Shown here piece by piece: positions 27,177-61,047 of a stretch of DNA of 64,000 bases. The DNA is from Amoebidium appalachense (lineage: Eukaryota; Protista; Ichthyosporea). Both the position numbers and the translations under genes were made by a program. Numbering within the stretch: position 1 is the stretch's first letter; every line of letters starts with the position of its first letter. The notes under the pieces are model-generated. The model ran no database searches. It had not been told where the DNA came from and worked only from the letters and a program-made list of their open reading frames with translations. The DNA lies in the NCBI GenBank assembly GCA_963693365.1, contig CAVNZM010000009.1:145641-209640 (forward strand), given 5' to 3'.

Positions 27177-27609
27177 CCCCCTCCCCCCCCCCCCCCCCCC
27201 CCCCCCCACCACCACCACCACCACTACCACCTTCAAAATAAAGCACTAAAATCACCCCAAAAATGCTGCACAATGCACCTCTCCCTCCCACTTATCTAAC
27301 CCCCCCCCCCCCCCCCCCCCCGTGTGTAACAGTTGACTTGCTCCTAGAATATGGCACAGCACACCTCTCTGCCATCCCCACTGACCCTTCCTCCCCACCC
27401 CCTCCCCCCTTCCAACCCCCCCCCCCCCCCCCCCCCCAACCATCACCACCACCACCCCTCCCCCTCTGCAGGTTGGACAAGGCAAGGTGCTTGAGAGTGG
27501 CAAGCATGACGACCTAGTTGCCCTGGATGGTGTCTATGCAAAGTTGGTGCAGAAGCAGCTGGCTGGATCATCTAGCCCCATGCCCCCACACAAGGGCCTG
27601 ACCGTGTAG
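19297..27609 (+). CDS. ABCB9: ABCB-family half transporter (ABCB9/TAPL, TAP-like) with N-terminal TMD0, TMD and NBD
   Basis: Exons 19297-19377, 20082-20277, 20771-~21009, 21772-21918, 22322-22500, 23047-23213, 23752-24006, 24398-24603, 25385-25462, 25970-26274, 26684-27022, 27472-27609. Motifs: [17 protein letters not shown], Walker [10 protein letters not shown]-loop VGQEPVLF, signature [15 protein letters not shown], Walker [13 protein letters not shown]-loop IAHRLST. Confidence 0.9.
21551..21696. mobile_element. Small (~146 bp) TIR element with TAG...CTA termini in an ABC gene intron
   Basis: TAGTGCTTACACTGAAAACGGCCTCC matches the reverse complement of the right end, TAGAATGCTTGCATTGAAAACGGCCTCC. 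AT-rich interior. TSD is not clear. Confidence 0.6.
24747..25388 (+). repeat. ~320-bp tandem duplication covering the intron 3' end and first 4 nt of the exon
   Basis: 24747-25069 and 25070-25388 are near-identical (differences: poly-G length and a substitution). Both end in GCTAACCAGATGGAACACAG|TGTT. Confidence 0.9.
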
Positions 27610-28489
27610 GACCCTTCTTGTAGTGTGGTGATTGTGTCCCAGTGGATAAGCATGGGTAATGTTTGGATGGTGAATTTGATCGTTGGGTAATGTGGACCAG
27701 TGTGCATATAGGCAACAATTCCTTCTGCTTGTATTGTTACATAATATTCGTAAGTTTTTTATGATGTGTCGACACATTAACATTAGCCAAGGTACCATAC
27801 CGTACGTACTGCGTTATGATATCTATTGTTGCTTAACATTTAGCTGTGTATACCGGCACACCGTGTATCTGATTCATTAGTAAAAGAATCTCATCAAAAG
27901 ACTTGCAGACCTATTCTGAAAACATTTCACAATGTTGGTGTACCCATAAATATTAATAACTTTTAGTCACGATGTGGCATTTCATTTCAGCTACACGGAT
28001 CTACGTGTACATGTACCCTCTAGATAAATAAAGTCATTCGATTCAGTTAACACGCATATGCGTGCACCGGCGAACAAACATAATATCTATGCAAACATGC
28101 GGCTGCCAGTGCACGCGGGTCTTAGGTTGGCACGCAAATACTTGTGGGCCGGTATGGACTGTAATAATTTCTTACTCCGAGAATCTTTGTGTGGGCACAA
28201 GTGACTGGATGTGCTCTTCTTCGCAAGGTCATCGTTGTGTTGTCCTTGTGAATGTGTCCAAAATCACTCCATTTCCTATGACCCTCCACCGGGTCTCCCT
28301 TTTTGTAGACGACTCCTGATCCACAAACCATGACAAGCTCACGTATGCACACACACACACCCGTGTGCATAAATGCACACGCACACACACGTACACAACA
28401 CACACACACACACACACACGTGCACACACACGCACACACACAGGCGCACATACACACACACACGCACCCAGACACACAGACACACACAA

Positions 28490-28521
<32 letters not shown>

Positions 28522-28788
28522 ACACACCTACCAAATAGGCCCTTATTCCAGCCGCCCGCTGACTCCTGAGACCTGAGGTTCGGAACTTCGAGGGCCCAGC
28601 CGGTCTCGGGAGATGAGGAGGCCTTGCCTGTCTCTCGACGAGGGGGACGATGTGTGACGTCAGCAATGATCTGATTGGGCCGCACTCGTGATGGCGCCAG
28701 ATAGTGCCCCCCTCAGAGCTCTCAGGCTGAGCACTACTCGGTGACTGCAGGCCGCACATGAAAAGAGAGGCGGAGAGGCACCGCGCAT

Positions 28789-46649
<17,861 letters not shown>

Positions 46650-46987
46650 GGCTACGTGGGACATAAGGGGTTTCTTTAAGGCCAAAGGAGGGCACATGGG
46701 ACATAAGGGGTTTCTTTAAGGCCAAATGAGGGCACATGGGACATAAGGGGTTTCTTTAAAGCCAAATGAGGGCGTATGGGACATAAGGGTTTCTTTAAGG
46801 CCAAATGAGGATGGCATGGGACATAAGGGGTTTCTTTAAGGCCAAGTGAGGGCACATGGGACATAAGGGGTTTCTTTAAGGCCAAATGATGCCTCATGGG
46901 ACAGTCGGGGATTTGTCAGAGTGATCATGTGGTGCTGCTGTGGGTGTTCAATTTTATTTTTATTTTTTGTTTTTTTATTTTTTACGC

Positions 46988-47261
46988 GGGGGGGGGGGGG
47001 GGGAGGGGGGGGGGGGGGGGGGGGGGTGTTGATGCACGAATGATTTAACGAGCTTGTGGTCTGTGGTCGGAATTGTAACCACTTGATTTAGTTCAATTTA
47101 GTTCATTATAACAGGAGGCAGACCACATTCCGGGGGGGGGGGGGGGGGGGGGGGGGTGTTGATGCACGAATGATTTAACGAGCTTGTGGTCTGTGGTCGG
47201 AATTGTACCTACTTGATTTAGTTCAATTTAGTTCATTATAACAGGAGGCAGACCACATTCC
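46988..47261. repeat. Tandem duplication of a poly-G plus 105-bp unit
   Basis: 47027-47131 and 47157-47261 are near-identical, and each is preceded by a G run. Confidence 0.88.
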
Positions 47262-47289
47262 CATGCTTTACGTGGGCATGTGCAACACG

Positions 47290-47490
47290 TGAATGAATAG
47301 TCAGGTAGTTCATGTGAATGAATAGTTAGGTAATTGATGTGAATGAATAGTAAGGTATTTAATGTGAATGAATAGTAAGGTATAAATGAATAGTAAGCAG
47401 TAATGTGAATGAATAGTAAGGTATTTAATGTGGATGAATCGTCAGGCATTTAATGTGAAGGAATAATCAGGTATTTCATGTGAATCATTG
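47290..47490. repeat. Degenerate AT-rich minisatellite (ATGTGAATGAATAGTAAGGTATTTA)
   Basis: About 8 degenerate units are visible. Confidence 0.7.
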
Positions 47491-48967
47491 GTGACAGATA
47501 GGTACGTAGATGGTGCTAGAAACACCAAAAAAGAAGGGGAGTGCGCACACCCTTATAAACTCAGGAATATTTGAATCGTGCATGCTATATATATAGTCAC
47601 GTGCAATATAAGCACATCGGATCCCACATGCGACTGCCGTTGAATGAAGGAGACACTAACGACCTAAATATGCGTGCAGGGGTAATAAACATGTGGCCGT
47701 TGTCGGTGTTCAAAGGCAATACTGGAAGATGGTGTTCGACTCCATGGCCATGCATGATTGTCTACCAGGAAGCTTGATTGATGAAAGGGGAGGGGAGGGG
47801 GAGGGGGGCAGCAATTTTGAGGGGAGTGGTAACTTGAATTGTAGTGTTTTTGAGGTGGCCCGGGGGCAGGGTTGAGATACACTACCCGCTTTGCATTCGA
47901 CGATCCCCCCCCCCCCCCCCCCCCCCCCCCCCCACCCACCCACGTATCCACCCACCCACCACCACCACCACTACAAGGGCAAAGAAAAAAAAAAAAAACA
48001 CAGGCTGCCATGAATAGCAGTATCCGATTAAACGAAAATACGTTAGGCTATCATTTGCATTTGGCAGCGGCTCATGGCTATGACAACTAATATGTAACAT
48101 ATTACATACACTCCTGAATGATTAACATCGAAGCTTTAGAAGTCCTTGATCACCTGAACCATTATCGAGCTCACCGGGCACTACGGGCATCCTCCCTCCC
48201 CCCTCCCCCCCGGCTATCCCCCTCGAGCTCCACACAGTACTTGCCCTCATCATATGTCAATTGTGCCAGCAACAACCCTGCCCCGACGGTTCTTCCCGAT
48301 CACACAGACATAGCCACTGCTGGATGGACACACACAACCTGCACCATGGGTCCCATTTGTCGCGTGAGCTATTCTCACAACAGGGTCAGAGAAAGAGGGG
48401 GGGGGGGGGGGGGGATGTATGCGTTATTATAGGGTTGGAAATATGGAGGAGACAACAACGGGCATCAACAAAACGTCACAAAAGTGGAAAATCCAAAATC
48501 AAACAATTTAAGCGTGCAGGCAGGAGACACTTGAACAGAGCCCATCATCAAAAGGGGGGGGGGGGGGCATTTACAGTCGATTCTCACACGTATAAACACG
48601 CACACGGACACAGAATGGCGAGAGTGGTCAATTTTGATTTATGCAGTCCACTTTATGCATTATTTATGCACACAGCCTCCCGGAGGACTGCCGCCCGGGT
48701 AGCCTAAATCACAAAGTCTAGACTGAAATTCCAAAGGCCAGGCCAGCTGGCCGATTACGTCATCGACTGCCATATATGGTTACGTGGCGCCATGCCTCAT
48801 TGGGGCAAATGCTACCTTGCCTCTCCCTGCCCCCCGCGCGTGACGGGGCCATTCATACGAGCCAAATAACTTGAATGTCTGATAAAGAATTACGTTGGAT
48901 ACTACAAAATTAGACAGTATATCTTGCAACTATCTCAAATGTGGGGGCAGTGGACATTGTGATATGC

Positions 48968-52604
<3,637 letters not shown>

Positions 52605-53542
52605 TTTCAATAGCTAAAGAAAAAAAACGCTCTCCTAACCTTTCTTTGAGTTTCAGTTCGCTGAAGACAATACGTGTCCATGCAATGCCTGTGTGTGTGT
52701 GACGGTGGGCTGCCCCCATGTGAAGCCGCTCCATTTCCCTGCAGCTGCCCATCGAAAACCGTGATATAAGGTAAGTATAAAACTAATTCATCTTTATGTA
52801 ACCATTTTAAATAAAAGTCGTTCAAAGTCACCAGTCAAACAACGTTACTAAAAACTATGGCGAGTAGAATATGTTACATACCAGACAGATGCAATCTCCG
52901 CCAACCTGTCATCGTTTTCCGATATGATTGGTCCGCAGAGCAACAACGAATCTCCCAAACTATTCTTCTCTGGGGTGTTCTCTTTTGCAACTGATTTTTT
53001 TCTTCAATATATTCAAAAGAAAATAATATCCTAGTGCTTGACATATAATGATACAATGACTTTCAATATTTACATCTGTAATTAATTATTGTTTTCTAAG
53101 CCCTGGAAAATAAAATTGCCTATAGTGATGCTAAAGCTTTCGTAGTTATATCATATAAACTAAATATCAAGAAACAAACGGATTATTCTAATTTGTAAAG
53201 CCCCACCCCCTCAGCGAAGGTTTAGGAATTAGCCGTTGTGGACTTTAATTGGCTGGCGACATTGTGACCGAGTCAACCGCGACTGTCTGGCGCCACTATC
53301 ACTTTGGGGCGTATGTATACTGTATCTACCTATAAAATTCTCGCCAAAAGAAACTTCAAGTATTAAATAAACCGTTTATATGTAATAGAGCTACATGTTG
53401 CTTAAACTTTGTAGGTTGCATGTGGCACAACTTGAAGTACGCCGATCGACTGAATACACGTGGGCGACCGAGGCTCATGAATGGTGTGTGAAGGAATGCT
53501 CTCCTAGGTTGGGGGGGCTCAATCAAGGCACCCTTGGAATCA

Positions 53543-53783
53543 TTTTTTTATAATGACTTTATTATTGATGTGCACATAGAAGGTGAAAAGGCGAGATATC
53601 GCAGATATCCCGGGATAAAGAAAAACCGCTCATGAAAAGAAGATATCGGCCAAAAAAAAAGACATGGTGCTTTAGATAACATCGTAACGCAGAGTACTAT
53701 ATGTACAGCACAACTGATAGGAGTCACCTGGGGAAGGATAGGTTCAGAAATAAAGTTGCAAAGAAAGGAGACAGCTGCAAGAA

Positions 53784-53821
<38 letters not shown>

Positions 53822-54510
53822 AGAAGAAGAAGAAGAAGCTCAAATGTAGAAAGAAGCTCAGGTGTAAACTAACTGGGAGGAGATCACAAGAGAGAAACTA
53901 GATGGCCCCATCTGGTCACGAGGATGTCTAAGCTACAATCTGAAAGGAGCCTACGACCAAGCTTCTCCAAAGGCAGAGCCCCCCATAATCCCTGACAATA
54001 GAGTAGTCGTTCGATAGGCACTGAAGGGCAATACAGAACTCGCTTGAACACCAGACAAGTCCCAGACAAGCCCGCCCGGAGTTCACGTAAACCTGCCTAG
54101 GAAATCTAACAGTCAAGCAAGGTAGCCTGGCTGTAGCAAGGCACGCAAAAGAGAAGACACAAGCAGTGTGCGTTCCAACGAGAAAAGGTTCTGTAATGCT
54201 CAGCAATAGCCGCAGTGAAAGGACCAAGGCCATGCCGCAGTTTGAAGAAGGATGCAGAGATGGAGACAACGTAGAAGGAGACAAGCAAGGACCCAGTCAA
54301 CCCCCAAAGCGACAAGCACTCGCGGCCACCATAGTAACCACCATCATGCCGGGCTTCGGAGAAACATGAGTATGACACCAGATGGAGAGAGGTAGAACAC
54401 CAGCATATCACAACCGGTACCGCGTGCCGAAGGCAATCGTAGAACTCAACCCGCAAGAATACAACTGCTCGCAAGTCCCTCCCCAGCGTGGGACTTCCCC
54501 TTGCCACAAA
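53543..54510 (-). mobile_element. Possible degenerate 3' fragment of a non-LTR retrotransposon
   Basis: The minus strand ends in AATAAAGTCATTATAAAAAAA, and a similar tail recurs at ~54895-54935. Interrupted ORF remnants (FFKLRHGLGPF...CVPC...LLDC) loosely resemble LINE ORF2 C-termini. Composition differs from host introns. Confidence 0.35.
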
Positions 54511-54657
54511 GAGAGAGAGGCGAAAGCTCTTATATATCCGTCATAAGTGGAAAATTGGGAAAAAAATTTGATGTGAAAGGAAAGTGATCAAAGTGAAATT
54601 GAAGTCACCACAAAGAGAAAGAAGCGAAAGCTCTTATATATCCGTCATAGTGGAAAA
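54504..54657. repeat. ~50-bp direct repeat pair (CCACAAAGAGA..GCGAAAGCTCTTATATATCCGTCATA(A)GTGGAAAAT)
   Basis: Copies at ~54504-54554 and ~54608-54657. Confidence 0.8.
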
Positions 54658-55103
54658 TCAGGAATTTTTTTTGGAATCATGGCATCATGGACTGGTCCGA
54701 CGCCGTAGCTACTACATAGGTACAAGCCATACAAATGCAAGATAACTGTTATATGTGCTACTTGTTATTAAAATACCTTTTTAAAATGTACTAATAACGC
54801 GAAAACACACTGACAGGGTTACATTGCCAAATTGTTACTGAAATATAAGATTAATAAATAACAATAATGCTAAACAGAGTGAATTATTTTTTTTAATTTT
54901 TATAATGACTTTATTGATATGCTCATGGAAAATTGAATTTTCCTGTTATGATGCAACATCTATCAGGAGCAGGTGGGCGTTGATTGGCCAAAGAACCGGT
55001 TTTGAACAACAACTGGGTTGGCAAGGGCACCAATTTTACTCATGATGACAAGTTCACTCGAGCTCCGTTGAGCGGTTTCCTTGTTAAAGACGTGTGGCTA
55101 CAC

Positions 55104-55486
55104 CAACGATTTCTGCGTTGCATGCACACTAAACACAACAAAAGTCATGCACACAACAGAAATCATAGGTGTAAAGTGTGTGCGGATCCTGCCGCCAAAT
55201 AAAAGAATTACAGCAGCCAACACCCGCCTCGCAACGATTTCTGCGTTGCATGCACACTAAACACAACAAAAGTCATGCACACAACAGAAATCATAGGTGT
55301 AAAGTGTGTGCGGATCCTGCCGCCAAATAAAAGAATTACAGCAGCCAACACCCGCCTCCCAACGATTTCTGCGTTGCATGCACACTTAACACAACAAAAG
55401 TCATGCACACAACAGAAATCATAGGTGTAAAGTGTGTGCGGATCCTGCCGCCAAATAAAAGAATTACAGCAGCCAACACCCGCCTC
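55104..55486. repeat. 128-bp tandem repeat, 3 copies, downstream of the RAMAC-like gene
   Basis: Units start at 55104, 55232 and 55360 and are nearly identical. Confidence 0.92.
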
Positions 55487-55594
55487 GGATACCTCACAAC
55501 CGTCCCAGCCGGAAACACCGTGCACGCCAGCAGTGGCCATACACACGGTGTGGCCATTTCACGTCATTAGTGGATATACCATGGGCAGCCATGT

Positions 55595-56914
55595 TCAGTC
55601 ACTATCGCTCAGGCCCAGGTCATCCTCATGATCCTTTGGTTTAGCCGGGGGGCGCTGCTGTGGCTTGGGGGCCTGCTGCTGCGGCTGCTGGGTCGGCCTC
55701 TCTACCCGCCTCCCCTCATCCCTGTCTCGGTTATCTTTTGCATTGTGATAGCCCCCCTCTCTCCCGCCCCCCTGTGCTTGCCCATCTCTCCCATCTCTCC
55801 CACCTCTGTCAGGAGGCCCTCCCCTCCCACCCCGGCTGTCGTCCCGTGGGCCGTCATAGCGCCCCCTGTCTGGGAACCCCTCCCTGTCCCGATCGCGCCT
55901 GTGCTCGTCCGGTCTATGTTCGGGGGCCCTTTGCCTATCTCTGTCTCTGTCTCTGTCCCGGTCCCTATCCCCCCCTCTGTCGCGATAGGACTCCCTCTCT
56001 TGATGGCTCGGTGGACCTCTCTGTCCGTCGTAGTGTCCATCCCGGCCCCCTCCCCGCCCCCCACCACCTCCCCTCCCTCCCCGGCCGCCACCTCTTGGCT
56101 GCCAGTTGTCCAGATTGGACTGCAGGAAAAAGATGCCCAAAGAGTCAGACTTCCTTTGAAGACCTCAACCATTAGAACAAACGCACAAAAGGACATTTTA
56201 CCCACGGAAATATGCCCCCTCCCTCTCCCCCCCCCCCCCCCCCCCCTCAAAAAAGACCCAAATTTAAATATGTGGTCGGCACACACATCACAACCACAAC
56301 CACCTGCTACTTCGAAGAGACTCTTTTTTCTCACCCCCCCCCCCCCCCCCCCCCTCTTCCCCTAGCCGCACGTGCCTCCCTCCTCCGTAGCCTGCTTCAC
56401 CCGTTTTCTCTTAGTTCCATACCACTTTGCCAACACTAAAAGTCCACCACCTTCCATACCCTTCCCTTTGCCCACCATACGAACCATATACAGACTTCCC
56501 AAAAACCCTCTTGTATCCTACCAACCACGCCAACACACTCAAACAGCCACCCACTTGTATGTCTCTGACGCTGTATGGCCGGGTGCCCTTCAGCTTCTCC
56601 ACGTGTGGGGGAGGTATGGGCGAGTCCACTGGGGCTTCCGCATATAGCGGGTCATCATCAGTAAAATACTCGTAGCTGGGGCCACTGCGCAGGATCGGGG
56701 AACGTTAGCTGCAAGCACTCGGTGGAAACAAAGGGGGGGGGGGGGGGGGGGGGGGGGAGGCTGACCATAACAGGGACGGTAGAAAAGAGAGCGTTATAAA
56801 AGGATGACAAGTGTGCATGCGCGCGCGCGCGTGTGTGTGTGTGTGTGTGTGTGCGTGTGCGTACGTGCGTGTGTGTGTGTGTGCGTGTGGAAAGAGTACA
56901 AATGTGTGTGCATG

Positions 56915-57010
<96 letters not shown>

Positions 57011-57259
57011 TGTAAGTTGGGGTGGGGGTATCTCCTTTTGGGGGGGAGGGAGGTGGAAGGCGAGCAAGCAACAGAGCCCAGTGTGGGAGAAACGTTTTGC
57101 CATGCAACGGGAGGCTTTTGGTTGGGCCCCAAAGTGGTAAAGCATATATATGCAACAGAAAAGGCAAACAGCGCGTGGCATGTGCAGGTTTCCGGTGTGG
57201 TCACGAAGCTTTGGCTGGCGTTGCTAGGTGGGGGAGTCACGTTATGCCACCCACCTCAT
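55595..57259 (-). CDS. RAMAC: RAM/RAMAC-like protein (RNMT-activating miniprotein domain plus long RGG/RD-rich tail)
   Basis: Phase-consistent exons 57259-57255 (ATGAG), 56684-56555 and 56119-55595 give [35 protein letters not shown]...[14 protein letters not shown]...DRDRDR...[13 protein letters not shown]...PPPHVE resembles RAM RFTENDKEY...PPIVEEW. The gene model is solid; the family call is moderate. Confidence 0.6.
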
Positions 57260-57869
57260 GTTGGCGTAGCAGCAACTGCTGTTGCCAAGTCCACCACTAG
57301 TTTGCGAGTTTATTCCTCACCGCAACCGATACCTTGTTGACACACAGCACAGCGCGCTAAACGCAACTTGCGGGAAAACTCTCTCACCAATGACTTTGCA
57401 TTAATCCCTGTTCACTCTTTCCTGCTGTGCCAGGAAACAGCACCACCCTGCAACAACAAACACTAGCAGCAGATGCAGCAGCTAATTGGTGTTCTTTAGA
57501 CAGTGCACAGAAACTGTACGTGTTGTGCTGCGTGCATGGACTAACCCCTTTTTTGTTTCAAACACTGCGCAGAAAACATCAGCTCAGTCAACACCACACA
57601 ACCGACTCGCATATCAATGGATCCGACTAGTCGGGGTTTGAAACTTTCCTTGCCCCCAACCCCCAAAATAGGACTTAGTCAGTCGATGGGCCCTCATCTA
57701 TGTTCTATAAATAGAATCTGGGTCTCTGCAAACCCTGCGGGTAAAATGCTCCAACTGCTACAGACAGTGTGGCAACATGTAGGTATCTGTGACATGTTCT
57801 GTTTTGTAATAACTTTGCCGTGACAAGCGAAGCCCTACACTTTCAGACATTCTCAAAAACAAGTTCAGA

Positions 57870-58465
57870 ATGGCGGGGGAGGAGCAACCGCCCTTTGTGG
57901 TGCTGGAAACGAGCATGGTGCGTACTATAAAGGACAAAGATTTCTAACCACACACAGTGAACCTTGCACCTACTTGGGCACAGGAACACAGATGCTTGGC
58001 AATATACATATGATCCAGCGACACCGGGAATAGCACAATGGAAAAGCACAACCCACGAACTACATATAAATACACCTGAGAAGAGGGGAGGGAGAGAGGA
58101 AGATAGCAGAAATAGGCTGTCTTATAGGATGCAGACGCCATTTTGCAATGCAGGCACAGCTCTTGCACACAAACCTTTGTGGGTCACGGCCACGCACAGC
58201 GTACACCGTACGGAAGGAGAATAGGAAATAAATGTGAATGGGGGGGGGGGGGGGGGGGGGAGGGAGGGAGAAGGAAGTGGGGGCGGGGGAGGGGGGGGGG
58301 GTTGAGAGGCAAGAACGGGGGGGGGGAGGGGGGAAGGTGGGGAGGAAAGGGAGAGATGGAGGCAGGGAGGGAGGGAGGGAGAAAAGGAGATGGGGAGGGA
58401 GGGAGGTGGGAGAAGGGGGGGAGAGGGGAGAGAGAGAGAGAGAGTGAGAGAGAGAGTGAGAGAGA

Positions 58466-58514
<49 letters not shown>

Positions 58515-58517
58515 GGA

Positions 58518-58556
<39 letters not shown>

Positions 58557-58568
58557 AGAGATAGAGAA

Positions 58569-58605
<37 letters not shown>

Positions 58606-59067
58606 TAAACAGAGAGGTAGAGTGAGAGGAAGAGGGGGGGAGGGAAGGGCAAGGGGGAGTGGTAGGGTAAGAGAGAGAGAGAGAGAGAGAGCGAGAGTGA
58701 GAGAGAGAGAGAGAGAGAGAGAAAGAAAGAGAAAGCGTGAGAGAGAGAGAGTGAGACAGAGGGAGAGAGAGAAAGAGAGTGAGGGAGGGTGAGTGAAGGA
58801 GGGAATGTGTGTAGGTGTGTGTGTGAAACTGAGAAGACAGAGATGGAGAGAAATAGTCAGAGAATGAAGTTGTGCATGTGGGTGTCACACGTGTGTGTGC
58901 TTGTGGGTGTAGGTTTGTGTGTATAGGGGGGGAAGGGTGGTTTGTGTGTGTGTGTGGAGGAGGGGAGGGGGGGGTAGGGGGAGGGGTTGTGTGTGTGTGT
59001 GGGGGGGGGGGGGGGGGGGAGGGCTGGTGTGTTGTGTGTGTTAAGGGGAGAGGGGGGGGGAGGGATG

Positions 59068-59098
<31 letters not shown>

Positions 59099-59382
59099 GG
59101 GGGAAGGGGTGGTGTGTGCGTGTGGGAGGTGGGGGGAAGGGGTAGTGTGTGTGTGTGGGGGGAGGGGTGTTGTGTGTTTGGGGGGGGGCGAGAGCGCGGG
59201 AGGGGGGGGGGGGGAAGGGTGGTGTGTGTGGGTGGGTGGGGGGGTGGGAGGGGGGGGGGGGGGGAGGGTGCATTTTACCCTACTTGCAGCCATGCGCATC
59301 AGACACTCACACGCACGTGCAACTGCATCAGGTGTATCATTGCTGAAACACCCAGGCACGACTACACGCGTGCGCACACACA

Positions 59383-59428
<46 letters not shown>

Positions 59429-60091
59429 CTTCGGGTACAGGGCAAGGTGGTGATAGAGCTTTACTGGAACGAGACACCGCGCACCTGCCGGAACTTTTCG
59501 GAGCTGGTAAGTGTCTTCGTGTGTGGACCCCCTGTCTTTTCTCTCCGTGTCATTTATCCACACGCACGCACACACACTCCCCCTCTCCCCCTTCTCCCCC
59601 CCCCCCCCCCCCCCCCCCCACCCCGTCTCTCTTCCCCTTCTCTCCCTCCCTCCCCTTCCCTCTTGCTCTCTCCCCCTCTCCCTCCCCACGTCTCTTTTCT
59701 TCTCTCCCTCCTTCTCCCCAATGATCTTCCTCTGCCCCCCCCCCCCCCCCCCTTACACACACACACACACCTCTCTCCTTCCTCCCTCTCCTCACCCCTT
59801 CCTCCTTCCCCTGCTCCTCCCCTCCCCTCAACCCCTCTGGCTCTCTCTGCCAAACCCCCCCCCCCCCCCCCACCCCCACCGCCTTTCTTCATCTCTCTCC
59901 ATCTCACCTTTTCTCTTTTTTCCCGCACTCTCAGTCTTCTTCTCTCTCTCCGTCTCTCCCGTCCCTGTCTCCCCCTCTCCCCCTTCTCCTCTCCCTCTCA
60001 CTCTCCCATCCCCCTTTTCCTCCACCCGTGGGCTGTCGCCACCACCACCACATCATCCCCCCTCCCTCTCCTCAACCACCACGACTACCCC

Positions 60092-60156
<65 letters not shown>

Positions 60157-60782
60157 CTTCATCCGTCAGGCCTTGTGAACAGTGTATATGTCTCGTGTGT
60201 TTGTTCAGCATGGGGGGACGGGGGGTTGGCTGCCTGGCCCTTGAATCACTCTCTCTCTTCCGCCCCCCCCCCCCCCCCCCCCCCCCCACCTCCCCCCCTC
60301 CATCTCTCCTTCCCCCCCCCCCCCCTCCCCTCCCCCCCCCCCCTCCTCTGGGGCCGCTGTGGTGGCGGCGGCGGCGGGTGTGAGAGTTGTTATGACTAAC
60401 CGGACACGCACCAGGCGCGCAGGAAATACTATGACGGTGTTAAGTTCCATCGTATCATAAAGGTACCCAGGACCCCCCCCCCCCCCCCCCCCCCCCACCA
60501 CCTGCAGTGAATTGTGTCCATGCAACATGGGCTCTATGTGTCACGCACGTGCAAGCACTCATACATATCGGCTTCACGGTGCATTGGTGTAGTCACAAAC
60601 ACATTCACCGTGCTCACGTCTATGGCCGTGGTCGTCTCTGATGAAGGGGGGGTGTGCTTGCCCGTGCATATCTGTGCTTGCTGGTTTTGCGTGCCTCTCG
60701 TGGGTGTTGTGGGCTATGCCCGGGGCCACCTGTCACTATGCAAACCCGTGACCTGAGGGGAAGAGGGTGTGTGTGTGTGCGT

Positions 60783-60813
<31 letters not shown>

Positions 60814-60995
60814 GGGGGGGGGAGGATGTGCGAGGACCAAAGTAAGCACACGACGATTCTCCAACACTCAAGCACGTGTGTGTGTGCGCGCACGCGTGTG
60901 CGTAAATTCACATGCTCAGTCACTCAGTCACTCACTCACTCACTTACTCATTTTTTTCTCTCTGACCCGCTTACATGAAGTCACTTACTGCTCAG

Positions 60996-61047
<52 letters not shown>

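Noticed and set aside
53701-53901. Poly-lysine ORF
   Set aside because: It arises from an A run plus (AAG)n and has no other coding signal.
55104-55486. 128-bp repeats as an RNA gene cluster or array
   Set aside because: Plain head-to-tail near-identical copies with no spacers and no recognisable tRNA/snRNA/5S motifs.
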